The position numbers were made by a program, and so were the translations under genes. Shown piece after piece: positions 27,278 to 35,959 of a stretch of 40,584 nucleotides of DNA. The notes under the pieces are model-generated. The model searched no databases. It saw nothing but the letters and a program-made list of their open reading frames with translations, and was not told the origin of the DNA. The stretch covers positions 1-40,584 of IMG/VR virus record IMGVR_UViG_3300009500_000011; one strand, 5' to 3'. The DNA comes from a virus (lineage: Duplodnaviria > Heunggongvirae > Uroviricota > Caudoviricetes). Each line of letters begins with the position of its first letter. Position 1 is the stretch's first letter.

Positions 27278-29699
27278 TTTTCAAATTGGCTTTGTCAATG
27301 CGGATGGAAGCGTTTTAAGTGACGGAACGGCTGTAAACGCATATAATACAAGCGGTTTTTTAGTAGAAAGCACCTCAATTGGAACAGGAGCAGCACCAAC
27401 GGGCGAAGGTGTGGCTTCTTTTATGTTGCTTTCTCCAGGCACAGAATATAATTTTAGTTTTCCTAATTTAAATATTGCTTCTCGTTCTATTACCTTGCCA
27501 GATACACCTTATTTAGTTGTTGGACCACCCGGAACAAATGGTATAGATGGAGCAGGTGCTACAATAACTACTTCTGAAGTTTATTTATCAACAAATACGG
27601 TTAATCTTCCTGTTGAAAATAGCAAAGCATTTGTCTTTGGTCAATCTGTCGCTTTAAATGTTTCAGATTCTCTAACATTATTTGGAACAGTTTTGTCGGC
27701 ATCTGATAATATTGTAACAGTTGATTTTTATGCTTCAAATAATAATGGAACTGTTGAAAGTAGTATTACAACGAGTACAACTGTACCTGTTAGTTCAACT
27801 TTAACTTTTGGAAATCCTCAAGTTTCATTAGAAACGACAACAACTACTACTACACCAAGTCCCTCAAGTACATTGGCTGCTAATTATTCTGTACCACAAC
27901 CAACAACAACGACAACATACGTTTATGTTCCTGGATATGGTAACATTCCTATCGGAACTACCACAACATATCCTGATGGAGATTTAACAAATATTGTTGT
28001 AACAAGTTTATCTACTTTTGCCGTAGGCGATTATATTGTAGTTGGACCAAATGATTTATCTGGCGCTGCTGTAGTCATTTGTATTACCGCTCTTGCAAGT
28101 TCGACAAATACTATTACTGGAACCTATCAAGATTATTATGTTCAAAATTGGAATGCTACGACAATAAATTCAGGACAACCCGTAACTTTATTAACTATTC
28201 CAGAAGGAGCATTAACTGTTATAACTGGCAGAGCAACTTCTAATGAAAACACTTTTAATTTACCAATATATGAATATAATTTTTTGCCTTATGCTTTACT
28301 TGGAGTACCAAATACATATAATAATGGATTTTTTGCTACTTTCCAAGCACTTAGTGGAGGAACAACTACAAATTTAGGGTGTATTTCATTAACAAATGGT
28401 TCTGGGACATTGTATGCAGGACAAGGTTTATATGAAATTAACCAAATTACGCCATCAACACCTTTAATTCAATCTGTAAGTTACTCTAATAACTTAATTT
28501 CTGTTGATTTTGAAGGTTCATCTGGTGCTACTTATTATACTTTAAAATATACTGCTACTAATGCTTTTAATACTATTGCAACAATTAATGCTTCATCGTC
28601 TTCTGGTGTAACTTCATTAAATTTAATAAATTCTCCTTTTGATAGTGAAAATTTTGGTTCTTCTTATACAATAACAACAACTCCTCCAAGTTTTCCTTGT
28701 GTTTATAATCTTTACGCATTTGATGTAAGCGGAAATTATGCTTCTTCTCCTGCAACTTTTTATTGGGACGGTGTTAATGTTACTAATTATCCAAGTATTA
28801 TAGGATTACCAGCGCCACCAATTATTACAACTTTAGTCAATGATAGTACCAGCCCTTATACAGGCACTCCTGGTGATGGAATAGATGGTTCAAATAATAT
28901 TACAAGCGTACTTCCAACAGGTGATAATTCTGAAACACTTATAACTAATTTTGGAACAGGCAGAGTTTCTTTTCCATTTACGACTTCTCCTTTTTTTGGT
29001 GTAAATAATCCACAAAAAAATATTAATTCTATAGAATTTTTTTCAGATGTATTTGCTCTTGTTACAGTAACTAATCCAGTAATTGTTATTGCAGATGCTA
29101 ATGGAATTCCTTCAACAACTGTTTTAGCAAGTGGTAATACAGAAATTACCACAAATATTTCTTCAAATAGTTTGACAATTAATTTATCAAATCCTATTGA
29201 TTGCACATATGAAAAATTATTTTGCCTTATCATTGATGCATCGTCATTTGATTCAAGTTTAACAATTCCACAATCAGATGGCTGGGCTGCATCGGCAAAT
29301 GCAGGTGATATTTATATATCATCTACTGGAACTTCTCCTTGGACTGTAGCAAGTATGACTTATTCTGGTGTTCCAATACCTTCTAATCCACCTGCGGTAA
29401 AAGTATATGGAACTAGTGTATTTTATACTTTTGGCTTTAGTTTTGGAAATAATATAATTTATGGTTCTGGAGTTTCAGTAAACACTTACGGTTTATATCC
29501 CGCAACAAGAACTTTACTTGGTACAAATAATCTTGCAATAGATGAAATAACACCCAATGAAATTTATGCAAATAACGTTTTTACTTTATCAATGTCGGGT
29601 ATTGTAGGAATTGAATTAACAGCATTTAATGACGCTGGTCAATCAGGTCCTAGTAGTAGAATTCGGGTAGACCCTGTACAAGGATTAAGTTGGTTCTAA
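27270..29699 (+). CDS. Long fibre protein with short collagen-like segment and beta-sandwich domains
   Basis: GPPGTNGIDGAG; T/S-rich linkers; FN3-like segments; jelly-roll module (IADANGIPSTTVLASG). N-terminus paralogous to 30605. AAGGA RBS. Confidence 0.65.
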   Translation: MPNFQIGFVNADGSVLSDGTAVNAYNTSGFLVESTSIGTGAAPTGEGVASFMLLSPGTEYNFSFPNLNIASRSITLPDTPYLVVGPPGTNGIDGAGATITTSEVYLSTNTVNLPVENSKAFVFGQSVALNVSDSLTLFGTVLSASDNIVTVDFYASNNNGTVESSITTSTTVPVSSTLTFGNPQVSLETTTTTTTPSPSSTLAANYSVPQPTTTTTYVYVPGYGNIPIGTTTTYPDGDLTNIVVTSLSTFAVGDYIVVGPNDLSGAAVVICITALASSTNTITGTYQDYYVQNWNATTINSGQPVTLLTIPEGALTVITGRATSNENTFNLPIYEYNFLPYALLGVPNTYNNGFFATFQALSGGTTTNLGCISLTNGSGTLYAGQGLYEINQITPSTPLIQSVSYSNNLISVDFEGSSGATYYTLKYTATNAFNTIATINASSSSGVTSLNLINSPFDSENFGSSYTITTTPPSFPCVYNLYAFDVSGNYASSPATFYWDGVNVTNYPSIIGLPAPPIITTLVNDSTSPYTGTPGDGIDGSNNITSVLPTGDNSETLITNFGTGRVSFPFTTSPFFGVNNPQKNINSIEFFSDVFALVTVTNPVIVIADANGIPSTTVLASGNTEITTNISSNSLTINLSNPIDCTYEKLFCLIIDASSFDSSLTIPQSDGWAASANAGDIYISSTGTSPWTVASMTYSGVPIPSNPPAVKVYGTSVFYTFGFSFGNNIIYGSGVSVNTYGLYPATRTLLGTNNLAIDEITPNEIYANNVFTLSMSGIVGIELTAFNDAGQSGPSSRIRVDPVQGLSWF

Positions 29700-30593
29700 A
29701 TGATTACAAGTATTTTCCCTATAACAATGGTTCAATTAGCACCTGAAATTGTTTCAGAGGGTTGCTTTATGCCTCCTCCGATTGGAAATATTTTATTAGT
29801 TAATGATGGGCAACAAGGATATGCTGACCAGGTTGGCAATTTTTTTTATGTAGGCTATAAATCTGATATAGAACCAACAGATATTATTGGTAATTATTCA
29901 TCCGATGGTATTACTTGGACACCAGCTTTATCTGGAAGTGACCCACCATCACATTTTGTATTTGCGATTAAAGATTTTCCCGGAGATTGTGCATTTTTCC
30001 CAGTATTTGATTTATATAATTCAAGTTATGCTATGGCATGGGAAGAAAGCCAACCTACAGGTATTGTTAATTTAAAATATACAGATATTTCTATACAAAG
30101 TCCTACAACTACTCCTCCTGTAACTTCTATAACAACAAATCCATCCAATCCTGTCAATCAAAGTACATTCTATGTTTACCCGCGTATTACTTTAGTAGGG
30201 CAATCAGTTTCTACTGAAAATGTTCCTTTGTCCGACATTATTATTCGAGATATAGCCGGAAATAAAATTACTATTGATACAACTAAAGCATATCGTCGGG
30301 GTGTTGATTTAACCTTACCAGCACCTGTTGCATCATTTAGTTGGACTCAAAGTTTTCGTCAAAATTGTCAAGTAAATGGAACTTTAACAAGCATTCCTAC
30401 ACAACCAACATTTTTTGGAAATCCTTTGCCTAATATTAATATAAAAATTTATTTTGGAACTACCAGAATATTAAAACAAACAATCACTACTGATGTAAAA
30501 GGTTATTACTCAGTAAATTTAAATGCTGGCAGATATACATTTGAAGTTGAAAGTGGAAATACATCTGTTAATGTTTCACAACAATTATTATAA
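29700..30593 (+). CDS. Structural protein with C-terminal carboxypeptidase-regulatory-like domain
   Basis: G.PLPN..IKIY...TTDVKGYYSVNLNAGRYTFEV; TAAATG junction. Confidence 0.6.
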   Translation: MITSIFPITMVQLAPEIVSEGCFMPPPIGNILLVNDGQQGYADQVGNFFYVGYKSDIEPTDIIGNYSSDGITWTPALSGSDPPSHFVFAIKDFPGDCAFFPVFDLYNSSYAMAWEESQPTGIVNLKYTDISIQSPTTTPPVTSITTNPSNPVNQSTFYVYPRITLVGQSVSTENVPLSDIIIRDIAGNKITIDTTKAYRRGVDLTLPAPVASFSWTQSFRQNCQVNGTLTSIPTQPTFFGNPLPNINIKIYFGTTRILKQTITTDVKGYYSVNLNAGRYTFEVESGNTSVNVSQQLL

Positions 30594-30604
30594 AGGGTTT
30601 AAAA

Positions 30605-31789
30605 ATGCCAACAATTGTAATTACATTTATAGATTTTTATACAAGTGCATTACTTGATGATGGCATTGTAGTTAATTTTTATACAATTGACCCTTTAAAT
30701 CCTTCAATTGCCAACCCAAATTTATTTGTTGAACAAGAAATTGTAGGAAGTGGAACAGCAACACCTTCGGCAGGTCAAGTTGTAACAACAAACCTTCAAC
30801 TTTTAACAGAATATCTTGTAACTTTTACAGGCACTAATGCTCCATCTGGTTCGCATTATATGTATACCAGATATTTAAATCAAACAGCAGCAATTGAAGA
30901 AGAAGAAATTATTACTCTTCAATTTGATGTTTTATTTGGTATGCAAGGACCACCTGGCCCGCAAGGTATTCCAGGTGCAGGACCTTCTGTAACAACGGCC
31001 ACATTTACTTTGCCTGCAACTGGGGCTTCAGTAACAACTTCAGTTGAAAATACTTCTGCATTTACAGTTGGAAGTAGTGTATTCATTTCTGATGGTATTA
31101 CCAGTTTTATTGGAACAGTATTATCTTTAACATCAAACAGTTTAACTCTTGAAGTTGAATATATATGTTCTGGGGTCGTTGGAAATACAGTTAATATTGG
31201 AGCATTTGTAACTTTTGCTGGTCAACCTGGTCCGCAAGGTCAACAAGGGGAACCGGGAATTTCTGGAACCCAATATCAAAGTGGATATTCTAATGTTATT
31301 AGAGATATGGCAATGTGGTATAACTTTATGCCTGGTTTGGTTGTAACACAAGGAAATCTAGCAACTACATCACCTAATAATACAAATTACTTAACTAATT
31401 TATTAAATATAAATACTGTTAGTGGAGAAATTACTTTTACTCTTCCAGAGGTTCCTACAGGATTTTTTGGATGGTTAGTGACCCTAGAAGCAATATTAGA
31501 AGCACAATCCCCTGTTTCTTTACCTAATAGTATTTCTTCTTTAACATTTACAATGACAACCACAAATCATACTGGTACAGTTTATTTTGAAGATATTGAT
31601 TGGGGTAATTTTATTGCACAATCAGCAATGAATCAAACGGTTACCAATAAATTACATGGTGCATACGGACCAGGAACAACAACTTTGACAATTTCTGCAT
31701 TAGGTGTTGCAACTCAATTAATTCAAACAGTTGGAGTTACTAATCTTAATAGAAAAATTCACTTTTTATTTGATGCAGTTGCTTACTAA
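30605..31789 (+). CDS. Short fibre protein with collagen-like Gly-X-Y segments
   Basis: GMQGPPGPQGIPGAG and GQPGPQGQQGEPGISG; N-terminal half paralogous to 27270. Confidence 0.75.
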   Translation: MPTIVITFIDFYTSALLDDGIVVNFYTIDPLNPSIANPNLFVEQEIVGSGTATPSAGQVVTTNLQLLTEYLVTFTGTNAPSGSHYMYTRYLNQTAAIEEEEIITLQFDVLFGMQGPPGPQGIPGAGPSVTTATFTLPATGASVTTSVENTSAFTVGSSVFISDGITSFIGTVLSLTSNSLTLEVEYICSGVVGNTVNIGAFVTFAGQPGPQGQQGEPGISGTQYQSGYSNVIRDMAMWYNFMPGLVVTQGNLATTSPNNTNYLTNLLNINTVSGEITFTLPEVPTGFFGWLVTLEAILEAQSPVSLPNSISSLTFTMTTTNHTGTVYFEDIDWGNFIAQSAMNQTVTNKLHGAYGPGTTTLTISALGVATQLIQTVGVTNLNRKIHFLFDAVAY

Positions 31790-31803
31790 GGAAAGGGAAA
31801 AAT

Positions 31804-32577
31804 ATGGGCTATCAATATACTCAAGGTTCTTTAGTAACCATTACGGTAACAACTGTAAATCAATATGGTATACCTGTTCCTCCAGATAATCTTATTCCGC
31901 CTACAGTTTCTGTTGAATTTGTAACACCAAATGGTCAAATTTCAGTTGTTGATAATGCTTTTATGACACCTGTTACTAATTCATGGTTTTATTTTAATAT
32001 AGATAGTGCGACTTTATCTGTAGGGTCATATAGTGTTACCATAACCACAATGATTGGCGACCAAGAAATTAATTATCCACAAAGATTTGATATTGTTGCA
32101 GGCAATGGTTTTACTTTATTGCCAATCGACCCTATTTCTAGGCTTAGATTGAGACTTAAAGATAACGACCCAGACCCTTTAAAATGGGTTTGGACTGATA
32201 TGGAACTTTCAGAATATCTTCAAGGTTCTTTAGATGAATTTAATTCTGCTCCACCTTTTAGTAACTTTTTTTGGATGAATATTCCAATTAAATTTATGAC
32301 AAATATTATGAAAGGCGCAGAGATTGCTGCATTAGAAGCAGAAGCAATGCGTGTTGCTCAACAACCATTAACTTATAATGATAAAGGTATCACCGTTAAT
32401 CTTCCACAACAGGCATCCACACTTCAAAATATAGCAAGAATGCTTAGAGAACAACAAGAAAAAGAGCGTTTAAGAATTAAAAGACAGTTATATCCAAGAA
32501 GTGGATTTATTACTACTCCAGATACACCATACATGTCTTATCCACCAATTCGTTCTGTTGGTAGATTCTGGTGGTAA
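31804..32577 (+). CDS. Head-tail adaptor (neck) protein with N-terminal Ig-like domain
   Basis: Helical C-terminal part ISRLRLRLKD.DP...WTD.EL..YL...L..FN..PP...YNDKGITV resembles gp6/gp15-type adaptors; about 100-aa beta N-terminus; position before completion genes. Confidence 0.65.
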   Translation: MGYQYTQGSLVTITVTTVNQYGIPVPPDNLIPPTVSVEFVTPNGQISVVDNAFMTPVTNSWFYFNIDSATLSVGSYSVTITTMIGDQEINYPQRFDIVAGNGFTLLPIDPISRLRLRLKDNDPDPLKWVWTDMELSEYLQGSLDEFNSAPPFSNFFWMNIPIKFMTNIMKGAEIAALEAEAMRVAQQPLTYNDKGITVNLPQQASTLQNIARMLREQQEKERLRIKRQLYPRSGFITTPDTPYMSYPPIRSVGRFWW

Positions 32578-32631
32578 TTTCAATTAACATTCTCTAAAGA
32601 GTTGCATATCTTATTTTTGAGAAGGTTTAAT

Positions 32632-33510
32632 ATGTCTGATAATAATGAATTATTTGAAAATTCGGAAAACAAAATTCTAGAATCTCCAAAAATACCACAT
32701 ATACCGGAAATTTCTAAGATTCCTGAAGACCCTAAAATTCCACAAACACCTTCAATTCCTCCAGCTAATAATACAGTAAACGAATACGAAGTACCTGATG
32801 TAAGCAAACAATACAATAGGTCACCATCATCGGAAAGTACCAAAATGGCATATACCAATGAAGAAGTTTTAAGAAAAATTGAAGCCTTTGTAAAAGGCCC
32901 AGTTTCGGCTATGCCTGAAATTCCAAAGGCTGAAAAACCCGCTGATGGACGCGGAGAAGTTGTTGACCCTAAACATGACCATCGTTTAAAAGAAAACAAA
33001 GAAAAACATGACGAATTAGCTGAACAAGCTACAGAATCAGAACAAAATGCTGGTGATAGTGAATCAGATTCTGAAATGGCTCATGAAGAAGATGATGTAA
33101 AAACACCATATGTTCGTGAAAGAGCAGACCATCGCGCGGCTCTTGAATCACCTTTTCAAAATCCTGGAAATGTAAGAATTCCTAATGCTCCGCAATTACC
33201 TAAACCAGAACCAGTTCGTACTAGAACACCCGGACCTTTAGGTAAAGGATTGACGCCAAGTAATATTGACCCAAGTAAACTTGGAACACCTATGTCTGCA
33301 TTAGAAAAGAAGTTAAGAGAACATCCTCATGCTAATAAACTTTTAGGACCAAATGCAGTTCCAGAAGGACCTGAAGGAATCGAAAGATTACAAAAAGTTA
33401 TTCAAAAAATTCATAATATGGCATCCGTAGAACAAAGCAGAATTAAACGTAATCAGTTACAAAAAGAAGCATCAGCAGTAGCAGCATTTTTAATCAGACA
33501 AATGCTATAA
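32632..33510 (+). CDS. Pro/Glu-rich disordered protein
   Basis: Likely start ATG 32632 after AAGGT. xIP triplet repeats (PKIPHIPEISKIPEDPKIPQTPSIPP); helical C-terminus with KEAS. Confidence 0.6.
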   Translation: MSDNNELFENSENKILESPKIPHIPEISKIPEDPKIPQTPSIPPANNTVNEYEVPDVSKQYNRSPSSESTKMAYTNEEVLRKIEAFVKGPVSAMPEIPKAEKPADGRGEVVDPKHDHRLKENKEKHDELAEQATESEQNAGDSESDSEMAHEEDDVKTPYVRERADHRAALESPFQNPGNVRIPNAPQLPKPEPVRTRTPGPLGKGLTPSNIDPSKLGTPMSALEKKLREHPHANKLLGPNAVPEGPEGIERLQKVIQKIHNMASVEQSRIKRNQLQKEASAVAAFLIRQML

Positions 33511-33534
33511 AAATAAAAATTTAAAAGATTTTAA

Positions 33535-33564
33535 TAAGAGAGCAAGTGTGAATTTGCTCTCTTA
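33535..33564 (+). terminator. Stem-loop / weak terminator
   Basis: TAAGAGAGCAA-GTGTGAAT-TTGCTCTCTTA, an 11-bp stem with a poor U-tract. Confidence 0.6.
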
Positions 33565-33582
33565 CATCTTTAGGATTAAATA

Positions 33583-34359
33583 ATGTCAGAAGAATCAATT
33601 AATAGTTCTGAAAGTGGTTATTTTCAACCACCAAGAAAACCATATAGACCATTACCAAACTTTGAAGAACAAGTAAACAGAACACGACCTGTTTTTAGTA
33701 TTCAAATTTTAGATGGTATTCATAATTTAATTGATATGCTTCCAACACATTATGCTTTACAACTTGAAATTGGTGGCGAACCAGTTGTTTGGTTAAGACG
33801 TAAAACTGAAGGCACTCCTTGTCCAAATATTCAAAAAGTGGGTGGCGATACTTACGAAGAACAATGTCCCGTTTCAAAATGTCCTTTGTGCTATGATACA
33901 ACTTTTTTAGGTGGATATGACCCTGCAATTTTATTAAAAATGTCATTTAATCCTCAACAAGTTCAAATTAATATGGAACAAGCCGGTTTAGTTATTGCTG
34001 AAACTCCAACAGCATGGACAATTGATACAGACCCAATCATGAAAGAATTTGACATGATTGTGACGTATGCCAACGAACGTTATCTTGTTGCGACTCAAGA
34101 ATCAGAAACCAAACAAGGACAACGTGTTTATCAACGTTTAACTTTAACAAAACCTGATAAATATGATGTTGTTTATGAGGTTCCGGTCCCTGGAATCATG
34201 GGCAACAAATATCATGATTTTCGTTCAAAAGTTATTATTCGTGGTCATCATAAAGATTTCTTAAGTATGGTTGAAATTTATAATTATTACTGGTTCCCTG
34301 ATACTGGTTTAACTAATGAACCATTAGGTGGTCTAACAAATGAGCCTCATAACTATTAA
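33583..34359 (+). CDS. Putative head-closure/neck protein with 4-Cys Zn-binding insert
   Basis: GE.V....RK..G..CP...C...CP.CY.T.F.GGY, then a beta-barrel-like D.IV....RY.V segment; neck-region synteny. Confidence 0.6.
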   Translation: MSEESINSSESGYFQPPRKPYRPLPNFEEQVNRTRPVFSIQILDGIHNLIDMLPTHYALQLEIGGEPVVWLRRKTEGTPCPNIQKVGGDTYEEQCPVSKCPLCYDTTFLGGYDPAILLKMSFNPQQVQINMEQAGLVIAETPTAWTIDTDPIMKEFDMIVTYANERYLVATQESETKQGQRVYQRLTLTKPDKYDVVYEVPVPGIMGNKYHDFRSKVIIRGHHKDFLSMVEIYNYYWFPDTGLTNEPLGGLTNEPHNY

Positions 34360-35044
34360 TTCAAATTTTGAAGAATTAGAATTTAATTTTCGTAATTTAA
34401 CTCCGAATCAAAAAAGACTTTTATCTTCACGTTATGATGCCGCATTTATTAGAAATTTTTTTTTAGATTTAAGAACAGTAATAAGTAGTTTAATTTTAAA
34501 TGCAGTAAAATCTAAAATTGCTACAGAATTTAATAATGGGTATAGCGGTAAACATTCTACAACACTTTATGATTCTGTTTATATTGTTTGGGAAGGTAAT
34601 GATGTAATCGTAAAATCTAAAGCCGATTATATGAAGTATCTTAATGCTGGATGGGAACCTTTTGATATGAAAGAAAGCCTTAGTAAAACTGGCGGTCCTA
34701 TTCCAATTCATTTACCTGGCGGAAGAGTTATTTTTAGAACAGTCAGCGATGGAGAGTCGCGAACTGTTAAGAACTTGAATACTTATTTAAAGACAAAACA
34801 AGGAACTGTTAGACGCTCATATTCGACAAAAAATTGGATAAATCCCGGCTATCAAGGCAAACATATTTTTGAAAGAGTTGCAACAGAATTAAAACCTGTT
34901 ATTGAATCACTTGTTAAAGATGAAATACAGCAGTTATTAGATAATGCTTTAATTGGGGCATACTCTGTTTCGAACAAGGGATATAACTATACGTATCGTG
35001 ATAATTCCGGCCGTTTTGCTTCTTTAGGAGATAGTGTAATCTAA
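34340..35044 (+). CDS. Putative tail/neck completion protein (HK97 gp10-like)
   Basis: LYDSV....V.V.S.A.YMKYLNAG, W.NPG..G.H.FE; basic; lies between head-closure and terminator genes; C-terminal RD..GRF. Confidence 0.55.
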   Translation: MSLITINSNFEELEFNFRNLTPNQKRLLSSRYDAAFIRNFFLDLRTVISSLILNAVKSKIATEFNNGYSGKHSTTLYDSVYIVWEGNDVIVKSKADYMKYLNAGWEPFDMKESLSKTGGPIPIHLPGGRVIFRTVSDGESRTVKNLNTYLKTKQGTVRRSYSTKNWINPGYQGKHIFERVATELKPVIESLVKDEIQQLLDNALIGAYSVSNKGYNYTYRDNSGRFASLGDSVI

Positions 35045-35736
35045 TGTCTTACGGATATGTTAGTGAAAATCTTGCTCAAAAAACCAAGAAAATTTTAATT
35101 CAAGAATTACGATATTATTTTCAAAATATCAGTCAATTTGGTTTTCCCGGCAATCCTATTAAAATGCCAATTATTCGCGAAGCATTTGGATTAACTGTTC
35201 GTCAATATCCTATTATTGTTATCAAAATTCTTCATGAAGAAACTAAAAATTTAGGAATTGGTCGTGACTTTGTTCAAGATGTTTTTTCAGATGACCAATT
35301 AATAGGGCAAGAATATCTTCCTGGAACTGAAAATTTTACTAAACCAGTTAAATATAAACCAAGAGTTGTAGCCGAAAGATATGGTTACATGAGTGATATT
35401 ACTTTTAATTTACAAGTTGTTTGTGATACAACTCCCGTTCGCAACAGAGTAGTTGACGAATGCAAAGCAGCATTACGTTTCTATCGTCGTGAATCAATGT
35501 TAAATAAAGGTCTTCAATTAATGAAAATTAGTGAAGGCGAAGAAACAGATTTTCCTTTAAATCAATCACAAAAAGTTTACATTTCAAATATAAATTTAAT
35601 TATTAATGCAGAACTTTATGTTGACCATACAGTAGCAAGTATTACCAAAATTAATCCATATGGGGTCAGAAAAGTTAATTTATCACCTCATACACCAGAA
35701 TATATTGTACAACAAGATGATACACCGTTAGGTTAA
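35044..35736 (+). CDS. Putative tail terminator protein
   Basis: YP.I.I motif, beta-strand / RN.V.D helix pattern; last gene before sheath; TAATG overlap. Confidence 0.55.
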   Translation: MSYGYVSENLAQKTKKILIQELRYYFQNISQFGFPGNPIKMPIIREAFGLTVRQYPIIVIKILHEETKNLGIGRDFVQDVFSDDQLIGQEYLPGTENFTKPVKYKPRVVAERYGYMSDITFNLQVVCDTTPVRNRVVDECKAALRFYRRESMLNKGLQLMKISEGEETDFPLNQSQKVYISNINLIINAELYVDHTVASITKINPYGVRKVNLSPHTPEYIVQQDDTPLG

Positions 35737-35760
35737 ATTTTATCATAAATTGCGTAGTAT

Positions 35761-35886
35761 TTGAATGTGCAAACAATATACTTAATTTAAAATAAATGGC
35801 GCGTAAGCCGTTATATTAATAACAAAGAACAATGGCTTGGATATTATAACAGTAGAGAAGAGGCATGTTCTGTTGTTTTAAATTAA
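35761..35886 (+). pseudogene. AP2-like DNA-binding domain relic
   Basis: Reads (L)NVQTIYLI*NKWRVSRYINNKEQWLGYYNSREEACSVVLN*, with an in-frame TAA at 35788-35790. Matches the KWxAxIxxxxKxxxLGxF/YxxxEEA pattern. Confidence 0.6.
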
Positions 35887-35959
35887 AATAACATTACGAA
35901 TTAGAAATATTCATCTTTAAAAAAGACCTCTTAAAATACCCTCTGGGAGAGACAACATT

